DNA of 64,000 nucleotides from Owenia fusiformis (lineage: Eukaryota): NCBI GenBank assembly GCA_903813345.2, contig CAIIXF020000001.1:15376001-15440000 (forward strand), in the 5' to 3' direction. The position numbers and the translations under genes are program-made. The notes below the pieces were generated by a model, which saw nothing but the letters and a program-made list of their open reading frames with translations, did no database searches and was not told the origin of the DNA. Below are positions 53,456 to 64,000 of the stretch, piece after piece; position 1 is the stretch's first letter; each line of letters opens with the position of its first letter.

Positions 53456-54751
53456 CAATATTCAATCGCAGCAAGCTCAACTCAAAATCTATAGAATACA
53501 AAGCAATTACATCAAAAACAGATCAGAGATGAAAGGGTAGTTTTATTTTTTATTATGTCACCACCAAAAATGATGACATATTGTTATGGTCTTTAACTTT
53601 TTTGTGACAGCGTCTGGTGATTGGCATCTGGTGATTGGTGTTTGGCATCTATAACAAATGGCAGGTGGTGACATTTTGCATGTTAAAGCCTCATTTTATT
53701 TGAGAACCTTTCAGATGGTGTTAAATAAGCAATTTTTATTTGCTTGGATTACCTTTTTTGGCTCACCCTGTAATTTAAGCTGGATTTGTTCATGTCATTT
53801 GAATCAACCTCTAATCAGTCAGTTATGACATCTCATGCCAAATCAACAGGACTACAAATGCATGTACAGGGAGGCCCCAAAATGAAACCTTCTAATTCTG
53901 GAATTACTCAGGTATATTAGAATCTTGAATTTTCCTGTGTAGTTAAAAAATCAGGATGGAAAAGATGATTCTCTTAATCCAAAAAGTATGTAATACAATA
54001 TACCAACGTTTCACTCATTGAAAGGGTTTAATTATTTGAAGCCACCCTATATTATATTGTGAACTGGTAATACATCATCATTCAAACATTTATTGAGCAA
54101 TTTCAGTCAGTGTTATAGCCTAGTAATTTGTTGAGAATTTATTTTTATGATAGTGATAATTTTTTATCATGCCTAAAAAAGTACGATATTGTCATAAGCT
54201 TGACGGGCGGCGGCGGCTTTCTGCGTTATCAAGCCCATACTGCTATGTTTTAGGTACGATATTGTTCACCCTGTGCCGTGTTTATAATTGTATTTGACCA
54301 GTTAGATATAACCACATGAAAAAGTTGATCAGTTGGACATTCAATGCAAATCAAACATAATATAACCTATTATATTTAAGTGTATTGACAGGTAGAAAAA
54401 TGTTTATTTTAGTTTGTGATATCCCACAGTCATAGTGGGTGCCTTATTAATGGACACAAAATATGTAAAATTAAATATTGAGAGAAGATATCCACATGAG
54501 AGGTTTATATACAGTGTACAAGGAACAAATTGTTTTCGAGAAATGTTCATATACACAGGTTTTACTGTAAAGGATACATGTAAATCTTAATATTCAAAGT
54601 TGTACAGTAGATATATCATGATCTTCTCCTTACTGACTTACATTTATACGTTTAAAATCGTGTAATGTTGAATTGTAACATTTGAAGAATTCTACTTTAC
54701 AACATTCTGGAACATTTAAAATTAATCGAATTTCGTTTGCTAGGGTTTGCT

Positions 54752-55820
54752 AATTATCCCACCGAACGAAGTTCGAGAGGGATATAGGAAAGCCGTCCAT
54801 CCGTCCGTCTGTTTGTCCGGGCCATAACTCAAATACCGTTTCACGGATTTGATTCAAATTTTATAGGCTTATGCCTTATGGGTGTAGGACCTCTGCTCGA
54901 GAAGGAATTTTCAATGTGGCCACTGAATTCAAATGGCCGCCATTTTTCGTAAAAAATGTAATCTTTAGTAACTCAAATACTAGTTTGCGGATTTGGTTCA
55001 AATTTTATATGCTGATGCCTAGGGACAAAAGAGTTTCGCACAAAAAGAGATTTTCAAGATGGCCGCTTAATTTCAAAACGGCGGCCATTTTTCATAAAAA
55101 TATGTAATCTTTGATAACTCATATACCAGTGAACGGATTTGGTTCAAATTTTATATGATGATGCTTAGGGACACAGTGGCTATGTTCGACAAAATTTTTC
55201 AAGATGGCCGCTTAATTTCAAAATGGCGGCAATTTTTCGTAAAAAACGTAATCTTTGATAACTCAAATACCAGTGAACAGATTTGGTTGAAATTTTATAT
55301 GATTATGCCTAGGGACACAGTAGCTCTGTCCAAGAAATAATTTTCAAGATGGCGGCTGAATTTCAAGATGGCCGCCAATTTTCGTAAAAAACGTAATCTT
55401 TGATAACTCATTTACCAGTGAACAGATTTGGTTCAAATTTAATATGCTGATGCCTAGGGACAAAGGAGTTTCACACAAAAAGAGATTTTCAAAATGGCCA
55501 CTTAATTTCAAAATGGCGGCCATTTTTTGTAAAAATATGTAATCTTTGATAACTCAAATACCAGTGAACGGATTTGGTTCAAATTTTATATGATGATGCT
55601 TAGGGACACAGTAGCTATGTTCGACAAAAAGTTTTCAAGATGGCCGCTTAAATTCAAATTTTATATGAAGATGCCTAGTTCACAATGGTATAAATCAACT
55701 TTGAACCAAATTTCATGCTTCTATCACAAAGTGCACAACCATTTCAACATTTACACTAGCTATAATAAGCATAATATGTTTTGTTCGGTGGGATTTGCTA
55801 CTCCGTGGAGTTGCTGTTTT
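54752..55820 (+). mobile_element. Non-autonomous Helentron-type (HINE/DINE-1-like) element with internal ~145-bp tandem repeats
   Basis: Subterminal inverted repeat ATCCCACCGAAC (54756-54767) / GTTCGGTGGGAT (55783-55794). GTCC microsatellite near the 5' end. About 5.5 internal repeats. 3' hairpin GCTACTCCGTGGAGTTGC followed by a T-rich tract. Confidence 0.8.
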
Positions 55821-57269
55821 TCTTGTTACAACATTACATAAGGATAACGCTCTATCATTTTTAACAATTTAGATATTGTTATTTCAAAAATTGCAAATAA
55901 TGAACACTGAGAATTCATCTTAACAAAATTATATTTATTCATTTTTTTAATAAATGAGTTCATTATTAATGCAAGCATAACTTCAAAATATTTAGTTCAC
56001 TTTATCCACTATAATTAGACTTAGTCATAATAGTCTACATGTAAAATATTAATACAAAGTGCAGTATATCTCTATATGTAAATAACAATCGGACATTGTA
56101 TGTTCAGGTGCACCAGATGGAAGAGCAGTTTAGTGTAGTTGTAAATTGTAAATACTGAACCTAGTACAACAGAAATACAATGCCGTGATGTACTGTCATA
56201 AGCAGGAAATATTTTGTTTTGTTGTATAGTTTTGAGTAAGGAAAGGAGTGGTATCAATATGGTGAACTTTTTGAACACTTGTTTCTCTTAGACCAGTCAT
56301 CAAAACATACTGAAAATTTTACACATCGTCAATTTAATGGTCATCTTTTGGATGGTAACATTATATTTTGAATTTTATAAATATATTCTCTTCTTTATAT
56401 CGTTTTAGAAAACATATCAGACACTTCTTTCGTTCTTGGTATCATATGTTCGGAAAGTTTGGTTGATTTTAAAAAAGTATCTTGTTAATGAAATAAAGCG
56501 TTTATCTTAATTTTTATCGATTATGGGGGGTTGGTTTTAAGTTTTTGCATACTTTTTGTTAAATCAATTAAGAGGTGGCAGAAGAGATTCAAAAGCGATG
56601 AATTGACCCTGAATGACAACTCCAAACATGGGAGGCAAAAACTCTTCAAGTCACAGTAAGAAAAGTTGCTAAGAGTGTCTGACCTGACCGGCATCAAAAG
56701 TACATCGCATGCTAAGGGCAATGTTTTGAGAAAATGAGAAATGGGACACTGCAATATATCCATTAAATCTAGGATGTGCTCATTGTAATTTAATATCTTA
56801 AAATGTATATTTGAGCATACTTCTTATCGCTACACAAAATGTAATTTGTTGATTAATTATTTCATATTTTCAACTTTTTTTATTCCTTTTGACGTGTATA
56901 ACCTGTCCCACCCTACCTCACTAATTTGGTACATTTACTGAACATTTCATGAAAACTATCCATTATTGATAAAGTTAGAACATATAGTGCATTACTTCTG
57001 GGACAACGCTCTTAGTCAGTTAGTGTATTGATTTGTGATTGAAGCATGATGTTTAAAATTAATTATGCGTCCACATTTATGGATCGTACGAAAGCTTTCA
57101 AAAATGTTAATAGGCCTAATGTAGAGTCTGATCAAATCTGTAGCCTTCTCTCCTGTCATAAAGAATGGTACATTTCTGCTTGAAGCATGGAGTTTGCAGT
57201 CAATTATGCTTCCATGTATATTTAAATTGTAAACCCCTTCATTATTATTACAAATATGAAAAATAATCT

Positions 57270-57396
57270 TTAAGACTGTCTAATCAAATCTGCAGCCTTC
57301 TCTCCAATCATAATAGATGGCGCATTGGTGTTGCCTGATACGACATGAGGCATAATGGATGCATCTGCAACTCTCAGATTCTCAATCCCTTTCACT
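57270..57396 (-). CDS. GMC oxidoreductase terminal coding exon
   Basis: TTTTGCAG acceptor; encodes [41 protein letters not shown] then TAA. Confidence 0.9.
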
Positions 57397-60300
57397 CTGC
57401 AAAATATATAACAGTACTTTGAAAGATCTCGAGCAAAGATTAATTAAGAGTAATTAACACCTCAGTCACATTTCCTACGGCGACCTTGCGGTCTATCATT
57501 TCTGCGGCCAGTAACATTTCTACGCTCGCCGTGGAATTTCTGCCCTCTCATACTTTTGCAGTTACATTTCCCACGGCAGCCGCACGGTGAATTTTAAATT
57601 TCTGTTGATAAATAATACTATTTTCATTTTATTTACATCGGAACAATTTGTAAATGTTATTCATAGTGCTAGGATGGAATATCAAATGAAAAGTGATCGT
57701 GAAACATTGACAAATAATGATTCAATCTTGTTGAACCAGTTGATTTCTACGGGGACCTCAGAAATGAACAAATATTATAACTCTGAGTTATAATTTCTAC
57801 GGCGACCCTGCGGCCTGTAAAAAACTGGATACGCCGTACGGAGGCCGCAAGGCGAGCGTAGTTTTCCTACGCTCACCGCAGAAAAACACTGATTTAATTG
57901 ATCTGCGGTCGACGCACGGCCTCCGTACGACAAATGTGACTGGGGTTTAACATTGATTACACTGTTCAAATACAGACCCCAAAAAATAATTTCTTAATAT
58001 TTACGTGTGAGCAAACAACTGTATTTTCCAAGTATGAAAACCAAACTCTATGAATGATTATAATGTAACATTAACCCTTAAATGGTTTTTGGGGTCCGTT
58101 TGGATCCCAGAGCTCATTCTTTTCAATGATTATATCAGAAATAATCAGTCTATCAACATGGAATTCCATCTAATCCTTAATAAATTCAATTCCTTGCAGA
58201 AAAAACAAACCAGATATAAATCGCATTATGACTTTTTGTGCTACCTGAGGCCAAAGAACATCACTATCACTGAAACATATTCAGTTAGTCTAATACAGTG
58301 CTAAATGTAAATGCTACGAAATGCTACAAAATGCTAAAACACCTGACCCCTTATCTTATATATGCTTATGATTAGGTTTACACATATATCCATGCATTCA
58401 TGATAGATAATGCAAACATATTCTGAAAGGTAATAGAATATAGATTAACCTATGTAAAACTGAAGTCAGAATGAAAAAAAGCTTCTCTGGTTGCAAAGTA
58501 ATTGCCAAATATATTTTGGGGTTTCTTTAGAGGGTGTAAAAAAGCAAAAAAACATTTAAGGGTTAAAATTGTTACGTAACGTTGTTGTTCGTCATCGTGC
58601 CATGGACAATCAAAAAATGGACAACCTTAAAGCTTTAGATTTAATTCTTGGATTTTATGTATCAATCAAATTGGATACATAAGGTCCACATTTTTCTTAA
58701 GACAATGTCTGTGTGGGACTTTATCAATATTGAAGTAGCAGACAGTGTTGCGAAGGTCTTCATATCTTTTAATAGATTAGGGTTATAGGCACCTTAACTG
58801 TGGGTCTACGACTGAGTTCTTATCAGTTTCTGGTCCCATTCTGCATGTTGACGTTGGATGGTATGTAGTCCACAAGTTTGCTCTTATGAAACAATCCCAG
58901 TAAGCATCGGTGCCAAATCGATGAGTCTTACATAACGGATGGTGATTTCTATTGAGTTCAAAGCCTCCCCTTTTGAATGCATCTGTTTTTGCAAGTTTTT
59001 CTGTCCATAACTTTATTCCTACATAAAACATGATACTATTCAGAAAGTAAAGCAAAGCTGGTCTTGGTTTTAGAATTATGCATCATATACATTTTGTTTT
59101 TGCAAGTTTTTCTGTCCATACCTTTATTCCTACATAAATCACGATACAATTTCAGAAAGTATAAATTTATCATATGAGTAATTATTGACCTGTCATCAAA
59201 TGTTTCACATCAACTGAATTTTTGAGGTAGTTGGGCTCAATCAATGGATGATCAAATGGGTCCGTGCTCTGAAGCCTAATTGTACCATTGGTAGCTGAAT
59301 GGAGCAATGTGACAAGGACACCGGTTCCAGTTTTTCCGTCCATTTGCTCATCTGGGTATAATGCATTCCACACCTGAAAGTGCATTGAAATAATTTATAA
59401 TATAATTAATGTAAAAAATACATAGAAATAATGTATTCCATAACTGAAAGTACATTGAAATAGTACGTACAGTATTTCATGACTGAAAGCGCATATGAAT
59501 ATTGCATTCAATGAACGAGTGTTTAACTGATATTGATGATAACTGATACAGTATTATTCTTTAAGTGAAACTAATATTGTACTGTAATACTGCATTCCAT
59601 AGCTGAAAGTAGATTGAAATCGTGTATTTCATGACTGAAAGTGCATTGAATTGCATTCCATGAACGAAAGTGTTTAACTGATATCATTCCATAACACCCA
59701 AGTCACATTTCCTACGGCGGCCTTGCGGTCTATCATTTCTGCGGCCAGTAGCTTTTCTACGCTCGCCGCAGAATTTCTGCGCTCTCATACTTTTGCAGTC
59801 ACATTTCCCACGGCAGCCGCACGGTGAATTTTAAATTTTTGTTGATAAATAATACTTTTTTCATTTTATTTACATCAGGACAATTTATAAATGTTATTCA
59901 TAGTACTAGGATGTAATATCAAATGAAAAGTGATCGTGAAACATTGACAAATATTGATTCAATCTTGTTGAGCCAGTTGATTTCTACGGGGACCTCAGAA
60001 ATGAACAAATATTATAACTCCGAGTTATAATTTCTACGGCGACCCTGCAGCCTGTAAGAAACTGGATACGCCGTACGGAGGCCGCAAGGCGAGCGTAGTT
60101 TTCCTACGCTCGCCGCAGAAATACACTGATTTAATTGATCTGCGGTCGACGCACGGGCTCCGTATGACAAATGTTACTGGGGTGTTAGAGAAAGCACTGT
60201 GCATTCCATTACTGAAAGTACATTGAAAAAATTTATTACATAACTAAGTGAAATATTGCATTCCATACCTGGAGGTGCATTAAAATATTGCATTTCATTA

Positions 60301-63300
60301 AAACATAACTGAAAGTTTATCCACATGTAAAGCACCTTGAAATAAATTGATACGAAAGCTTCGTCTCCATCCATTTGAGGCGCGAGATATGTTGCAAACT
60401 ACATTTTAAAATTCACATACCTCATCAGTATATCCCATATTGTCTTTTACATAATCCGTTCCTTTGCCACCTCCCCATAATGCTCCAAAGACATGAAACT
60501 GGATGTATGGGAATTTGTGATCATCTGGCTGGTAAGGAGATCTCATGAAGTACATCATGTCTGCTATTGGATTCTTCCATACACCTGTGAAAGACAAACA
60601 TGAAATGGTTCTTTTTTATTTCTAGTTCGAAGATCGTTCTTCCGAAAAGAATGTCCATAAATAACTGGTTAATATACACGGTTATTAGTTATTATTTGAA
60701 AACCCAACCTGTTCCAAAGAGTTTATACTTTAAGGTTTCAAGTAAAGATAACGCTTGGTTTTCTGTAATGGCATCAACTTTGGTAAAGAATGTCAGCAAG
60801 TCTGCTGTAGGATGATCCTCCATGTTTTCCCCAACTGGTAGGTCTGCCACTACGGGTACCTAAGAAAGAAATATCTCCTCATTCAACCATCATACAAAAA
60901 CAACTACATCTCCAAAATGGCAAGACGTTATCAAAGATATCTAACGATATAGAATAGACTTACTAGATGCCAGAAGATATAATCTTGATTTACGTCATTA
61001 AAATTCAAAATCCAGTCAAAGTGATGTAGTATTTGAAATCTAAAAGTAAAATTACTTCTAAAAATGTGGTTCAAAAAGTGTTTATAAACTTTGAAAATTT
61101 AATTTTCTTTGAACTCTGAATGGTGCTCAAAGCTCACTCCTAGCTCTTCAAGGTGTTTCTTAGGTCCTATTCCAGACAGTAAGAGAATGTGAGGTGATCC
61201 AATGGCACCTCCAGATATTATAACTTCTTTTCTTGCTTTCACACTTTTCTTGACCAGGTCCCTCACGTAAGTCACACCCACTGCCTTCTTGCCTTCTAGG
61301 AGAACCTGTTATCACAGTTGCAATTAAAAACAATATCAATTTTTTCCATAGATATCAATTTTTACTAACGCCCCGAGTGGATTTTCTGACCGTTTTTCAA
61401 AAATCCAAAACATTTTAGAAATAAGTTGTCCTCATGATCTTGTTGCTCTGTGAATTTTACAAGGATTGAATAAGGATAAAGCATTTTATTTTTAGGTTGA
61501 CTTTTGCGCCATATACTGCCCATTGTTTTGTTTTGGTATTTTGTCGCCATAATGTTACGCAAATTAATTACACCATGTGACTCCCGGACTCCTAGCAAAA
61601 AATCTTAAATATAGTCTGTGCCTCATATGCACTGGTTTCAACAAATAGATACTGACTTTTGTGACGTGAGCTTTTGTCCCTACATGTAGATTTTTTCTGT
61701 TCATATTTGGCTCTAAGAAGGCAGTTGCGGTGCTAGACCTCTCTCCATTGGCATCTACATTTACTTGAGTTGGGTTCCAGCCTTGGGACAAGAAAAAACA
61801 CCGCATCTGATATCACTGGTGATCCACTCGATTACACTGCGGTTACCGAAACGGTTCGTTTCGATAACAAAATGTCGAAATCTCGAAGGTACGGGTTTTC
61901 TTTCCTCATTTTACACGTTGTTGGCAAAGTTCCCACTGCATTTTTATCGCAAATGTTTATCAATCATATGTCTAACTTCATTAACAAGAAAACGTACAGT
62001 AACAACAGTGAGATATTAAATCGACGATTATGTTGTACTGTTTTTGTTCGCAAACATGTTCATTCTCTTAAATATATGATATTGACACACGTTTGTGATA
62101 AAAATGTCACTGGAGTACCTACAACGCGTGAAATAAGGAAAAAAATCGTAACCTCGAGGTTTCGACTACCTGTAGCCTTTCCCGAGTCGTTGTTCTTTTT
62201 ATCTGATCTTGAATTATTACATCGGTTATAATAAATCAAGATGAGTAAAATTAAAGAGACCGACTTGGGCAGGACTAGTTTCGACATTTTGTTACCGAAA
62301 CGAACCGTTTCCATACGTTATATAAAAAAAATAATCGAAAATGATTAAAAGTTGGTGGGGGTGACCGGAAGGGGGAGTGATGCGTCTCTTACACGTTACT
62401 TGACATGCCCCAATATTTCAGTCTTCAAATGTTACATCCAGTTTCATTTATTAAATACATGAATGAAAACAGTTCAAGATACAACTCCCCCTCCGTTAAA
62501 TTCTAGTTGATATCGATTATCTTTTATATTAACGTATGGTAATTTAATTTTAAAATACAGGAATGGCATTAATTTTGTTAACCCCCCTATCACACCAAAC
62601 TCGTTCTTACCCGTTCTTGCCAGTCCTACGAAAACGTCGTAAAACGGGCTCAATCTGGTTGTGGTCGGGAAATATGTCTGAAATAATTAGCTTCTTCGTT
62701 CTTAAACAGTCTTCAATACGTCCATCTCGTTCGCAGTTCGTTCAGGTCGCACCACGTCGGTGTGCAACGCCGTAGAACGCGTCCCTTAGTCTAGAAGGTC
62801 ATCATGACCTGATAACAGAACGGTATGGTCGCAATCGAATTTTGAATCGATTCAAAATTCTAAAATCACATTCCCGTCTGAGAACGTTCATGAAGTTCGT
62901 AAATAGACCTTAGAAAGTTGCAGGTACGTTCATTCCGTTCGCACACAGTTTAAAACCAGTTTTGAAGAACGCAGGGGCAACTTGTTTGGTGTGATAGCTA
63001 TATTTTTGCTAACTCGTTCATAAGCAGTGTTAAATACGTTCTTAATCAGTTTAAACCCGTTTGCAATGAGTTCTACCTCGTTCTCAACATGTCCTCGGAC
63101 AGTTCAACTCGTTGTTAAAACGTCCCTAGTAGGATTGAAGTACGACGGTTCCGTTCGTAGTACGTCCAGCTCGTCGTTAGTACGTTGTCACTCGTTCTAA
63201 TTGTAGAACGTGACGACCACGAGAACATTTTGAGCATTGTCTAAGTTCTAGAGGACCTACCCGTTCGAGTACGTTCGATGAAGTTTCTAAATGGATCCCA

Positions 63301-63821
63301 AACGGTTCTTAGTACGTCCAGTCCGTTCGTACACAGTTGAAGCCCGTTTTCGAGAACGTATTGAGAACTAGTTTGGTGTGATAGTAGGGTTACGTCACTA
63401 CCATAAGTATTTATTATAGGTCGTGTTGACCATTGTTGCTTGGTTTATAGCGAAAGCATTGCCTTTTGAACGTTGGTGACGCTGCGCCTTTTTAATAGAT
63501 CTCATATCTTGGAAGCGTATCGGTTCAAGAACTCTAGAAGATCGAGCAATGCGACAGAAAATCTTCAAGCTTCATTGAATTTTCGAGCAGAAGTTCGCTA
63601 CTCCCCCATCCGTTCATCTTTTCCGATCGCATAGTGTGGTTTTCATGTATCTTTAAAGCCAAGACTTAATGAAACTGAAAATGATTTACCCAATTGATCT
63701 TCGCCATTGTAATCCTCTGTAGTCTTGAGCCCTGCTTCAACCGCTGCATCATAAACATACTTTACACATTCAACTTCATCCACTGTCGATACGTACAAAG
63801 GCCCCGAGGTACCATGGTATT
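57270..63821 (-). CDS. GMC (glucose-methanol-choline) oxidoreductase, glucose/choline dehydrogenase-like; last 8 coding exons, 5' part lies beyond the window
   Basis: Exons 63821-63690, 61781-61657, 61305-61138, 60859-60709, 60584-60421, 59373-59190, 59018-58793 and 57396-57270 join in frame across GT-AG introns. Motifs: [99 protein letters not shown] (His/Asn active-site pair). Confidence 0.93.
57458..57946. mobile_element. MITE, ~490 bp, copy 1 (PIF/Harbinger-like, tentative)
   Basis: TIR CACCTCAGTCACATTT / AAATGTGACTGGGGT with TAA/TTA flanks; nearly identical to 59695-60184. Confidence 0.8.
58075..58562. mobile_element. piggyBac-like MITE
   Basis: TTAA|CCCTTAAATGGTTTTT ... AAAAAACATTTAAGGG|TTAA: TTAA duplication with CCC..GGG termini. 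Confidence 0.85.
58793..59018 (-). CDS. GMC oxidoreductase exon carrying the catalytic His motif
   Basis: [10 protein letters not shown]...[31 protein letters not shown] boundaries in phase with neighbouring exons. Confidence 0.9.
59190..59373 (-). CDS. GMC oxidoreductase exon
   Basis: VWNALYP...[32 protein letters not shown]; canonical splice sites. Confidence 0.9.
59363..60320. repeat. Degenerate intronic minisatellite (~30-40 bp unit), interrupted by a MITE
   Basis: About a dozen variants of GCATTCCATAACTGAAAGTGCATTGAAA at 59363-59695 and 60200-60320. Confidence 0.7.
59695..60184. mobile_element. MITE, ~490 bp, copy 2 (PIF/Harbinger-like, tentative)
   Basis: TAA|CACCCAAGTCACATTT ... AAATGTTACTGGGGTG|TTA; same family and orientation as 57458-57946. 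Confidence 0.8.
60421..60584 (-). CDS. GMC oxidoreductase exon
   Basis: [33 protein letters not shown]...YTDE; CAG acceptor and GTATGT donor. Confidence 0.85.
60709..60859 (-). CDS. GMC oxidoreductase exon
   Basis: [22 protein letters not shown]...KYKLFGT; canonical splice sites. Confidence 0.9.
61138..61305 (-). CDS. GMC oxidoreductase exon
   Basis: [15 protein letters not shown]...[31 protein letters not shown] (GMC signature). Confidence 0.92.
61657..61781 (-). CDS. GMC oxidoreductase exon
   Basis: [44 protein letters not shown] acceptor and GTCAGT donor. Confidence 0.9.
61848..62311. mobile_element. Inverted-repeat-bounded insertion (probable MITE, family unassigned)
   Basis: 33-bp inverted repeat GAAACGGTTCGTTTCGATAACAAAATGTCGAAA (61848-61880) versus 62279-62311, one mismatch. 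True ends and TSD are unclear. Confidence 0.65.
62579..63392. mobile_element. MITE, ~810 bp (PIF/Harbinger-like, tentative)
   Basis: TAACCCCCCTATCACACCAAACTCGTTCT versus reverse complement of the right end TAACCCTACTATCACACCAAACTAGTTCT. An extra partial TIR (GTTTGGTGTGATAG) lies internally near 62984. Confidence 0.8.
63690..63821 (-). CDS. GMC oxidoreductase exon (most 5' exon in the window)
   Basis: [46 protein letters not shown] acceptor and GTAAAT donor, in phase with the next exon. Confidence 0.88.
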
Positions 63822-64000
63822 CTAGAATGTACATCAGGTGTAATAACAAAATATACATTTTTAGATACAGAATTGTTACAAAATATACCAATCAAATGAG
63901 GTTGGTCAATTTTGGGTATTTTCTGTATAACATTTACTAAATGGAGAAAATGGCGTTTCCATTTAAAATAGAAGTTACATATTATGTGTTTACAAATAGT

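Noticed and set aside
54181-54266. GTACGATATTGT direct repeat around a GGC tract
   Set aside because: Short and probably a decayed repeat fragment; no supportable function.

Overview
AT-rich animal genomic DNA, probably from a marine invertebrate (inferred from intron style and element types). Bases 1-41745 are a near-perfect tandem array of a 1328-bp unit that continues past the left edge of the window. The unit has two modules, each starting with AG and ending with CT, joined by the same AAT trinucleotide. Module A is 467 bp with 18-bp terminal inverted repeats (30 copies). Module B is 855 bp with its own 9-bp inverted ends (32 full copies plus one partial). Three junctions, spaced 3514 bp apart, lack module A cleanly, and the array stops exactly at the last base of a module-A inverted repeat. 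This fits a non-autonomous composite-like DNA transposon (KolobokP-like long terminal direct repeat plus internal region) amplified into a macrosatellite. The unique part contains a TOPORS-like RING E3 ligase (48431-53455, +, one coding exon) with clustered SUMO-interacting-type motifs and an expanded 10-aa SPSYT repeat. It also contains the last eight coding exons of a convergent GMC oxidoreductase gene (57270-63821, -), several MITEs and a Helentron-type (HINE/DINE-1-like) element. The short ORFs repeated through the array are judged non-coding. Coordinates and identities were read by eye; no database searches were run.
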